Of a stretch of 32,000 nt of DNA, positions 18,293 to 25,739 are shown one piece after another. Origin of the DNA: Bellilinea caldifistulae. Lineage in GTDB: Bacteria > Chloroflexota > Anaerolineae > Anaerolineales > Anaerolineaceae. Position 1 is the first letter of the stretch. Each line of letters opens with the position of its first letter. The DNA is taken from contig NZ_LGHJ01000015.1 in assembly GCF_001306055.1 (NCBI RefSeq), positions 1 through 32,000 on the forward strand. Direction: 5' to 3'. The translations under genes were made by a program, and so were the position numbers. The notes below the pieces were generated by a model, which was not told the origin of the DNA, did no database searches, and was given only the letters and a program-made list of their open reading frames with translations.

Positions 18293-21145
18293 TTAGCGTA
18301 CCCGGAATTGAACCGGCTCGGATACGGTCTGGTTGCCGGCCAGATCCACGGCGATGACTTCGAGGCGGTGCTCGCCGCGGCGGGCGTCCCACACCAGCGC
18401 AAAGGGCGGTTGGCTGGTCTCGCCGATGATGCGACCGTCCAGCCGCCATTCCACCCGTGCCAGCCCAACCGTATCGCTGACTTCGGCTTGCAGGGTAATG
18501 GTGGACTGTCCGGTAAATACCTGACCCTCCACCGGGTAGGGAATGCGTACCTGCGGCGGCGTGTTATCCACGGTGACTTGCAAGAGACTGGTCTCGACGC
18601 GCTGATCGCGGCGCACCACCAGCAGGCGGATCACGTACAGACCTTCCAGATTGCGCGTATCCCAGACGGCCAGCCGGCCGTTTTCCACTGGCTGAGTGGT
18701 GCTTTCTTGAATGCTGATCCACGCGGTGGGGTTAATCCCCTGCCCGACCTGAAGGCTGTACGATGCAAATGCCTCTCCGGCGGCTCTGCCGGTGATTTCT
18801 ACCTGACCGCCCACCACGCTGAAGGGGCGCGGCTGGCTGATTTGAGCATTGGGGTTGGGAGAGGGCTGCTGAACCAGATCGTATTCGCTGGGCGGCAGGG
18901 GTAAACCGGCCGTCCGCGCCCACGCCTGAGCCTGCGGCGGCACCACCAGAAAAACGCGTTCTTCCACCAGTTCAGGTGGGGTGAAGACGGTTGCCAGCCG
19001 ACCGGTTTCGCGGTTGATTTGGAAACGGCGGTAGAGCGAATCGATTCCGCCGGGCTGATTGCTTTCCAGAAAGACCTCGTTTACCCGGCTGGGGCAGGCA
19101 TCTCCCGGCAGTAAACCGGAGGGATCGCAGACTTCCACCCGCACGACACCCGGCGGCATTGGCCACGATTGCACCGGCTGATTGCGGTGCAGGTATTGCA
19201 TCAAGGCGTGCCAGATGCCGGCCGCCGGGAAAGCCCCCGGCGTCGGGGCATCCGCAACCTCGCTGCCCAGCCAGACGACTGCCACTGCTTGCGGGGTGTA
19301 GCCGGCTGCCCAGCTCGAACGTCCGCCGGCGGCCTGTCCGCTTTTTGCCGCCGCCGGGCGGCCAATTTCCAGCGGGTTGGGGTAGCCCAGGGTACGCCAG
19401 CGGGCGGCTTCGTCGCTGAATACGTGGTGGACAAGGTAGGCCAGTTGAGCGCTGACCACCGTGCGGCTGGCGGTCTGTTCCGGCATGGAAAGGGGATTGC
19501 CGCTGTAATCTTCCACCCGCAGCACCCAGCGCGGCTGCGGCAGGCCGGTTTCATCGCTGACCACGCCGTTGAGCGTGCCTGAGGCGGCAAATACGCTGTA
19601 CGCATGGGCCAGTTCCAGCAGGGGCAGCGGCTCACCCTCGCTGAGCAGGGTGTCTTCTTCAACCGGCAGGCGGTACTGTTCGATGCCCAGGTTGTGAGCG
19701 GTGGCGGTCAGCGCGGCAGCCCCAATTTGAGCATAGACGGTTCGCAAAGCGGCCCAATCATCGTTGACCAGCGCGCTGCGCAGGCGCAGCGGCCCATCGT
19801 ACTCCTCCGGCGGCTCATCAGCGGTCTCTCCCTCGCCGGTCAGCGGAATGTCCCACACCAGCGTAGCCGGGGAGAGGCCGCGCGCAAAACCGGCCAGCGC
19901 CAGAAACGGATTTTGCAGGCTGCCGGGCGGGTGCGGGCTTTGCTGAGAACTTTCCCCCGCTGGCGAGGTATCCCCGCTGAAAGCCAGCACTTCCCCGTTG
20001 AGCGGGTCGAGGATCACGGCACTGGCCTGCCACACACCGGCGGAGCGGGGGGTGCGCAGGGGCAGGGCCGGCAACAGGCGAGCGGCTTCACACTCGCCGG
20101 AAAGAGCAGCTGGCGGATCGCTCAGGCGTGCCAGTTGGGATTGCATGGTACACACGACCTGGCTTTGCAGGTCGGCGTCCAAACTGGTGATGATGCGCAG
20201 TCCGCCGCGCTCCAATCGGCTGCGACCGAGCCATTCGGCAATGCGGTTGATCACCTGAGCGGTGAAGGCCGGCGCCCGGCTTTCGACCGGCAGCGGTGCG
20301 CGCAATTCCAGCCATGCCTGCCGGGCCTGCTGGTAGGTTGGTTGATCGAGCAGTCCCAGCCCCAGCATGCGCAGCAGGATGGTTTGCTGATTTTCCAGCG
20401 CGGCGGCAGGTGCATCCAGCGGATTGAGAGCGGGTGATTCGAGGGCTGCCAGCAGCAGGGCGACTTCGGCGGGGTTGAGCGCGCTGGCGGGTTTCCCCAA
20501 AAAAGCCTGGGCAGCCGAGTCGGCCCCGTAGGTCAGGTGACCGAAGGGAGCGCTGTTCAGGTACCATTCCAGCACCTGCTCTTTTCCGTATGCGTTGACG
20601 ATTTGATCGCCCAGCAGGCGCAGGCGCAGGGTGCGCTGCCAGCCGGGTGGCTCATCCGGCGGCATCAGCCAGTCCTCTGCCAGCCGCTCGGCCAGCGTGA
20701 CAGGACGGGGGTCGTCCAGGTGGTCCCAACGCACGCCGCTGCGCTGCCAGAAAAGCGGGTCGAACAGGGCAACAACTCCTTCCACCAGCAGCGGGCTGAA
20801 AGCCTCACCGTGGGCCGGGTTAAGGTACAGGTAACGGCGCGTAATTCCCGGATTTTCCAGCGTGAGCAGCACCACCTGCCCGGTACGGTCGTACAGGCGG
20901 GTTGGGCGGGTGAGTGCGCCGTCGTTCGGGTCGAGCAGGCTTTCCAGCGCGTACACCGAGGGCAGGCTGGCGCTCAATTGGGCGTAGAAGAAGGACAACC
21001 CCAGCACCGCCATGCCCAACAGGCTCAAGCCGGCTGCCAGCAGCCCCCACAGACTGCGGCGCGCTCCGTTCAGCAGCCGGGTACGCCGGGCTGTCCGCCG
21101 CAATTGGCGATTTTTGACCAGCAGGATGGTTTCGAGACGGCGCAC
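18293..21145 (-). CDS. Class-A penicillin-binding-protein-like membrane protein (GT51-like and transpeptidase-like domains, catalytic motifs mostly substituted) with C-terminal Ig-like domains
   Basis: An N-terminal TM is present (LWGLLAAGLSLLGMAVLGLSFF). The GT51 core is recognisable (…GKEQVLEWYLNSAPFGHLTYGADSAAQAFLGKPASALNPAEVALLLAALESPALNP). So is the TP core (…VILDPLNGEVLAFSG…PGSLQNPFLALAGFARGLSPATLVWD… and AAKSGQAAGGRSSWAAGYTPQ). The C-terminus looks like Big-type beta domains (VTVDNTPPQVRIPYPVEG…IAVDLAGNQT). GTG start lies 3 nt after the upstream TGA. Confidence 0.85.
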   Translation of the reverse strand: MRRLETILLVKNRQLRRTARRTRLLNGARRSLWGLLAAGLSLLGMAVLGLSFFYAQLSASLPSVYALESLLDPNDGALTRPTRLYDRTGQVVLLTLENPGITRRYLYLNPAHGEAFSPLLVEGVVALFDPLFWQRSGVRWDHLDDPRPVTLAERLAEDWLMPPDEPPGWQRTLRLRLLGDQIVNAYGKEQVLEWYLNSAPFGHLTYGADSAAQAFLGKPASALNPAEVALLLAALESPALNPLDAPAAALENQQTILLRMLGLGLLDQPTYQQARQAWLELRAPLPVESRAPAFTAQVINRIAEWLGRSRLERGGLRIITSLDADLQSQVVCTMQSQLARLSDPPAALSGECEAARLLPALPLRTPRSAGVWQASAVILDPLNGEVLAFSGDTSPAGESSQQSPHPPGSLQNPFLALAGFARGLSPATLVWDIPLTGEGETADEPPEEYDGPLRLRSALVNDDWAALRTVYAQIGAAALTATAHNLGIEQYRLPVEEDTLLSEGEPLPLLELAHAYSVFAASGTLNGVVSDETGLPQPRWVLRVEDYSGNPLSMPEQTASRTVVSAQLAYLVHHVFSDEAARWRTLGYPNPLEIGRPAAAKSGQAAGGRSSWAAGYTPQAVAVVWLGSEVADAPTPGAFPAAGIWHALMQYLHRNQPVQSWPMPPGVVRVEVCDPSGLLPGDACPSRVNEVFLESNQPGGIDSLYRRFQINRETGRLATVFTPPELVEERVFLVVPPQAQAWARTAGLPLPPSEYDLVQQPSPNPNAQISQPRPFSVVGGQVEITGRAAGEAFASYSLQVGQGINPTAWISIQESTTQPVENGRLAVWDTRNLEGLYVIRLLVVRRDQRVETSLLQVTVDNTPPQVRIPYPVEGQVFTGQSTITLQAEVSDTVGLARVEWRLDGRIIGETSQPPFALVWDARRGEHRLEVIAVDLAGNQTVSEPVQFRVR

Positions 21146-21148
21146 AGG

Positions 21149-22993
21149 TCAGGGGGTGGAAAGAGGAGGTGAGGTTGGAGAAGCCGGCTGGGGTGTAAAC
21201 GTGCGGGTGGCAGGCGGCGTTCGGGTGGGGGTTGGTGTGCGGGTGGGCTGGCGGGTTGGGGTGGGTGTAAGGGTGCGGGTGGGCGGAGGGGTATCGGTGG
21301 GGGTGACCAGCACACTTAACTGGCGGCGGGCCTGCTCCAGCCATTCGGCCGGCACAACCTCTTCGCCCAGTTCCAGCAGGCGCTGCCAGTCGTTGATGGC
21401 AGCCCGCACATTGAGCGGTTCGAGGGAAATTGCCCGCCAGTAGTACAGCTGGGCTTTGCGTTCGTTACTGACCGCATCGCCTTCGATTTTGTTGAGCTGG
21501 ATGTAGGCATCTCCGTAGGCTTCCAGCGCCAGCAATGCCCGGCTGCGCCACAGGGCGGCTTCGAAGGAGCGCGGGCGGATGGTCAGGGCGCGGTTGAAGT
21601 CGCTGAGGGCAGCCTGAGCATCTCCGCGATTCAAGTAGAGTTTGCCGCGTTCCATGACCACCTCAAAATTGAGCCGGTCAAGGCGCAGGGCTTCGTCAAA
21701 GACTCGCAGGGCTTTTTCTTCCTCGCCGCTTTCCAGGTAGGCTTTTCCGAGCAGGGCATACACGCGCGGTTCGGGTGGCTGGGCAAAGCGTTCGTAAATC
21801 TCCAGCGGCTCAATGGACTGGCGGTACAGCCCGTTAGCCTGTTGGGCTTCACCCAGTGTCAGGTAAGCCGGCAGGAGCGTTAAATCGAGTTGATTGGCGC
21901 GTTGGGCATCGGCCAGGGCGGCTTCGGCGTTCCCCTGTGCCAGCAGAACGCGGGCGCGGTATTCGTACACCAGCGGGGAGTCGGGCAGCAGTTCGGCGGC
22001 GCGGTCGAGGTTTTGGAGGGCGGCTTCGTAGCGTTCTTCGTTCAGGTCGAGTTGCGCCAGTTCCAGATAGGCCTCGGCCAGATTGGGGTCTAGGCTGAGG
22101 GCGGTTTGCAGGTCTTTGCGGATGTCCTCGATTTTGGGATTGCTGCCCGCCAGCCCGGCGCGCGCCCGCCCTAAAAAGGCCGGGGCAAAGTTTGGGCTGG
22201 CGCGGATGGCTTGATTGTAGGCGTTGAGCGCGGCGCCGATTTGTCCGCTGCGGCGCTCGGCTTCTCCCAGCCAGTAGTACAGGTCGGGGGCGGTGGAGTC
22301 GGCTTCGATTGCCTGCTGGAAGTATTGGGCGGCGCGCGCCCACTCGCCGCGCTCAAAAGCGCGCAGACCGATGGCGTAAGCCTCAATGACGGCGTGGGGA
22401 GTGCGCACGTAGGCGGCGGTGGGGGTGTAGGTGGCCTGTAAACCTTCCCACGGCGGAGTGGGTAACCGCAGGGTTGGGGTGAGGGTTGGCAGACCGGCCG
22501 TCGGCTGACTGGTTTCGGCGATGACCGGCCGGAAGGAGATGGTTGGACGCTGGCTGATTTCGCGCGGACGGAGCAGCTGCGGGGCGAACAAGACCAGCAG
22601 GAAGATGGCAATGACCGCCGCGGCTGCCAGCCCGTAAAGCGCGAGGCGCTTGTAGGAAATTGGCGGGCGCTGGACGGCCGGTTTTTCGATCTTGACCTGC
22701 CACTGACGCCGTTGCAGGCGTGGCGGGACGATGAGGGCCGGGTCGGGCGGCAGCACGCCCAGCAGGGTCAGCCCGCGCCGGGCAGCCTGATTGTTGGGAT
22801 CACGTTTGAGCGCTTCTTTGAGGCAGTAAATTCGTTCTTTGCGGGTTTCCACCACTGCGCTCATCCACAGCCAGTACTGCGGGTTGGACTGGTCGCGGCG
22901 CAGCAGGCGAGTGAGCAGGTCGCGCGCCCGCTGGCGGTCGCCTTCTTCCAGCGCGCGAAAGACTTCCTCGAAAGCCGAGTCGGAAGTGGACAT
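21149..22993 (-). CDS. Membrane-anchored tetratricopeptide-repeat (TPR) protein with a Pro/Thr-rich C-terminal tail
   Basis: 614 aa. An N-terminal soluble TPR-like segment is followed by one TM (LALYGLAAAAVIAIFLLVLFA). Then come roughly ten or more TPR-like repeats (…AEAYLELAQLDLNEERYEAALQNLDRAAELLPDSPLVYEYRARVLLAQGN…). The tail reads TPTDTPPPTRTLTPTPTRQPTRTPTPTRTPPATRTFTPQP. Confidence 0.85.
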   Translation of the reverse strand: MSTSDSAFEEVFRALEEGDRQRARDLLTRLLRRDQSNPQYWLWMSAVVETRKERIYCLKEALKRDPNNQAARRGLTLLGVLPPDPALIVPPRLQRRQWQVKIEKPAVQRPPISYKRLALYGLAAAAVIAIFLLVLFAPQLLRPREISQRPTISFRPVIAETSQPTAGLPTLTPTLRLPTPPWEGLQATYTPTAAYVRTPHAVIEAYAIGLRAFERGEWARAAQYFQQAIEADSTAPDLYYWLGEAERRSGQIGAALNAYNQAIRASPNFAPAFLGRARAGLAGSNPKIEDIRKDLQTALSLDPNLAEAYLELAQLDLNEERYEAALQNLDRAAELLPDSPLVYEYRARVLLAQGNAEAALADAQRANQLDLTLLPAYLTLGEAQQANGLYRQSIEPLEIYERFAQPPEPRVYALLGKAYLESGEEEKALRVFDEALRLDRLNFEVVMERGKLYLNRGDAQAALSDFNRALTIRPRSFEAALWRSRALLALEAYGDAYIQLNKIEGDAVSNERKAQLYYWRAISLEPLNVRAAINDWQRLLELGEEVVPAEWLEQARRQLSVLVTPTDTPPPTRTLTPTPTRQPTRTPTPTRTPPATRTFTPQPASPTSPPLSTP

Positions 22994-23089
22994 GTTATCA
23001 GTTTAGCACAGGCTCAAAGAGCGGGCAAGCCACTGCGGGCTGCGGACGGGTTTACGAAATTGTCAGGGCGGCGGTGTTGCCGGGGAAAA

Positions 23090-23489
23090 CGCCGGTCTCC
23101 CGCAAGGTTGTTGCGGGGGCAAGGGGGGAGATGTCCACCTGCACTGCACCGTACGCAGTGCGGTGCAAGTGTCGCTGAGGCTCGACCTGACATTGCGAGC
23201 GAGCGGAGCGCGGCGGTCTCCGCAAAGCCGTTGCGGAGGTTCGAGGGCGGGAGACCCTTCGCTTCGCTCAGGGTGACATTAACGTCACCACGAGCGAGCG
23301 CAGCGAGCGTGGCAATCTCCGCAAAGCCGTTGCGGAGGTTGGGGGGCGGGAGACCCTTCGCTTCGCTCAGGGTGACATTAACGTCACCACGAGCGAGCGC
23401 AGCGAGCGTGGCAATCTCCGCAAAGCCGTTGCGGAGGTTGGAGGGCGGGAGACCCTTTGCTTTGCTCAGGGTGACATTAACGTCACCGC
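23090..23489 (-). repeat. Tandem array of about 99-bp structured units (3 good copies plus 1 diverged), same family as 8409-9068 but in reverse orientation
   Basis: GGTGACATTAACGTCACC recurs at 23272, 23371 and 23470, an exact 99-bp period. Each unit contains ACGAGCGAGCGCAGCGAGCGTGGCAATCTCCGCAAAGCCGTTGCGGAGGTTGGGGGGCGGGAGACCCTTCGCTTCGCTCAGG. Its reverse complement matches the GCCACGCTCGCTGCGCTCGCTCG(C/T)GGTGAC core of the 63-bp unit. Confidence 0.9.
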
Positions 23490-23621
23490 AAGCCGCCGTC
23501 AGGCAGCGCGGCAATTTCCCCTGCCCAGCCAGCCGGAGGCTTTTAGCCCACGCCTTCCGAAGAAAATCCTTCTCAAAGGTTGGTTTCTTCCCTTGCGTCA
23601 CTTTGCGGTAAAATCATTGGC

Positions 23622-24812
23622 ATGAGCCCCTATCCACCTCCGATTGTCCCCATGTCCTCCCCGGATTTGACCGATGCCGAACGGCAGGCGGTATTGAATG
23701 TGCTGAACACCCCCCACCTGAGCATGGGCGGGCAAATTGAAGCCTTTGAGCAAACCTTCTGCAACTATACCGGCTGGCGTCACGCCATCGGGGTAAATTC
23801 CGGCACGGCCGGCCTGCACCTTTGCGTGCGGGCAGCCGGTATTCAAGCCGGTGATTGGGTAATCACCACCCCGTTTTCGTTCGTCGCCTCGGCGAATGCC
23901 CTGTTGTTTGAAAATGCCGTGCCGGTTTTTGTGGATGTTGAGGAACGCAGCGGTAATATCAACCCGGCCCTGGTTGCCGAAGCAGCCCGTGATTTGATGC
24001 AGGGCGGTAAAGCCGCTCAGCGCTGGCTGCCGCGCCGCGGTCTCCACACTCATCCCAATGGACAATTGAAAGCCATTTTAGCCGTGGATGTATTCGGTCA
24101 GCCGGCCGATTACGACCTGTTGCGGGTCATCGCCGATCAATACGGCCTGCGCCTGATTGAGGATTCGTGCGAGGCGCTGGGCGCCGAGTACAAAGGCCGC
24201 AAAGCCGGCACGCTGGGTGATTACGGCGTGTTTGCTTTCTACCCCAACAAACAAATTACCACCGGCGAGGGCGGAATGATTGTAACCGATGATGACTCTG
24301 CCGGACAGTTGATGCGCGCGTTACGCAATCAGGGGCGCGCCCCGGGGGATACCTGGTTGCAGCACACCTATCTTGGTTACAACTACCGCCTGGATGAGAT
24401 GAGTGCGGCGCTGGGCATCGCGCAAATGAACCGGCTGGAAGAATTGCTCGGCAAACGCCAACGGGTGGCCGATTGGTACCATCAGCGGCTGGTGCAGATT
24501 GCAGGGGTTGAACCGCCCGCTTTGGAGGAAACCACCACCCGCCCATCGTGGTTCGTCTATGTCATCCGGCTGGCGCGCGGGATTGACCGCGCCGCCGTGG
24601 CTCAGCGGCTGGCTGAACGGGGTATTCCGGTGCGCCCGTATTTCCTGCCCATTCACCTGCAGCCCTACATGGTGGAACGGTTTGGATATCAGCCGGGGGA
24701 TTATCCGGTCACGGAGGATTTGGGAGAGCGCGGGCTGGCGCTGCCTTTCTCCGGGGTGATGGATGAGGCCCAGGTAGAACGGGTGTGTGATACGCTTCGC
24801 CAGGTTTTATGA
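23622..24812 (+). CDS. DegT/DnrJ/EryC1/StrS-family PLP-dependent sugar aminotransferase
   Basis: …SSPDLTDAERQAVLNVLNTPHLSMGGQIEAFEQTFCNYTGWRHAIGVNSGTAGLHLCV… and …FAFYPNKQITTGEGGMIVTDD… are recognisable. The second motif contains the PLP-binding Lys of the NKxxxxGEGG pattern typical of the family. Confidence 0.9.
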   Translation: MSPYPPPIVPMSSPDLTDAERQAVLNVLNTPHLSMGGQIEAFEQTFCNYTGWRHAIGVNSGTAGLHLCVRAAGIQAGDWVITTPFSFVASANALLFENAVPVFVDVEERSGNINPALVAEAARDLMQGGKAAQRWLPRRGLHTHPNGQLKAILAVDVFGQPADYDLLRVIADQYGLRLIEDSCEALGAEYKGRKAGTLGDYGVFAFYPNKQITTGEGGMIVTDDDSAGQLMRALRNQGRAPGDTWLQHTYLGYNYRLDEMSAALGIAQMNRLEELLGKRQRVADWYHQRLVQIAGVEPPALEETTTRPSWFVYVIRLARGIDRAAVAQRLAERGIPVRPYFLPIHLQPYMVERFGYQPGDYPVTEDLGERGLALPFSGVMDEAQVERVCDTLRQVL

Positions 24813-25729
24813 GCATGAGCAAGGATGATGAAAGTCAGGTTTTCTTTCCTCCCCGCCGGCGCGGGCTGATCTTTCATCTGTTGCTGGGGTTCGTTCTGCT
24901 GGCTGGCAGTGTCGGCTGCCTGATTCTGGCGTTCAATCAACCTCAGGAGGGGCGCTTTGTGCTGTTGCTGCTGGGCAGCGTGGTGTTGTTCGCCCCTTTG
25001 CCGTGGGTGTTTTACCGCGGCTACGCCCTGATGAACGCTTTTTACCGGCTGGAACGGGATGGCCTGCGTTTGCGCTGGGGCTTGCGTGCCGAGGATATTC
25101 CCCTGCCGGAAATTGAGTGGGTGCGCCCCGCCAATGAACTGGGTTTTAACCTGCCCCTGCCGCCTTTGATTGCTCCCGGCGCCGTTTTGGGCAGCCGGCA
25201 GGTTGCCGAACTGGGTACGGTGGAATTTATGGCTTCGGAAACCGGCGGGTTGTTGCTGGTGGCAGCGCGTCAGAGGGTGTATGCCATCTCCCCGCAGGAT
25301 GGACGGGCTTTCAACCGCGCCTTCCAGCGCATGATCGAGCTGGGCAGTCTGACTCCGCTGCCGCCTTATTCGGCTCAGCCGGCTGCCTTTGCCCGACGGG
25401 TGTGGGATAACCGTCCGGCACGCTGGTTCTTAATTGCCGGGCTGATTTTGACCGTGTTGCTGTTGATCGTTGTGGCGCTGGCGATTCCGTCCCATCCTTC
25501 GGTTTCGCTGGGCTTCGATGCTCAGGGGCAGCCGCTCCCGCCCGTCCCCGGTGAGCAGTTACTGCTCCTGCCGGTGCTGGGCATGCTGATCTATCTGGTC
25601 AATCTGCTGGGCGGCATTTATTTCTACCGGCGCGAATCCGACCGTCCTGTGGCTTTCCTGTTGTGGATAGCCTCTGCGTTTACCCCCCTGCTCCTGCTGA
25701 TTGCCGCGGGGGTTATTTTACTCGGTTGA
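24809..25729 (+). CDS. Hypothetical membrane protein, possible bacterial PH-like (bPH/YdbT-like) domain
   Basis: Its start overlaps the upstream stop (ATGA). Two N-terminal TMs are followed by a soluble segment of about 110 aa (…FYRLERDGLRLRWGLRAEDIPLPEIEWVRP…VYAISPQDGRAFNRAF…), then further TMs. The domain assignment is by eye only. Confidence 0.65.
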   Translation: MSMSKDDESQVFFPPRRRGLIFHLLLGFVLLAGSVGCLILAFNQPQEGRFVLLLLGSVVLFAPLPWVFYRGYALMNAFYRLERDGLRLRWGLRAEDIPLPEIEWVRPANELGFNLPLPPLIAPGAVLGSRQVAELGTVEFMASETGGLLLVAARQRVYAISPQDGRAFNRAFQRMIELGSLTPLPPYSAQPAAFARRVWDNRPARWFLIAGLILTVLLLIVVALAIPSHPSVSLGFDAQGQPLPPVPGEQLLLLPVLGMLIYLVNLLGGIYFYRRESDRPVAFLLWIASAFTPLLLLIAAGVILLG

Positions 25730-25739
25730 GGAAGATGCA

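Noticed and set aside
18256-18468. Longer N-terminus for the amidase (ORF-track start 18468)
   Set aside because: It would overlap the 3' end of the PBP-like gene by 176 nt. It would add 71 residues of Trp/Pro/Arg-rich sequence unlike amidase N-termini. A TTG with GGAGAG upstream at 18255 fits the homologous start.
21149-21310. G-tract-dense plus strand (GGGTGGGGGTTGG…GGGTGGGCTGG…) as a G-quadruplex or regulatory element
   Set aside because: It is fully explained as the complement of CCN/ACC codons encoding the Pro/Thr-rich tail of the TPR protein. No independent evidence exists for a structural role.
22712-23611. ORFs 22712-23611 (+) and 23014-23601 (-) covering the 99-bp repeat region
   Set aside because: These are repeat-derived, low-complexity translations (…GDVNVTLSEAKGLPPPNLRNGFAEIATLAALAR… x3). 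The + ORF also runs antisense into the TPR gene. No plausible start context or domain is present.
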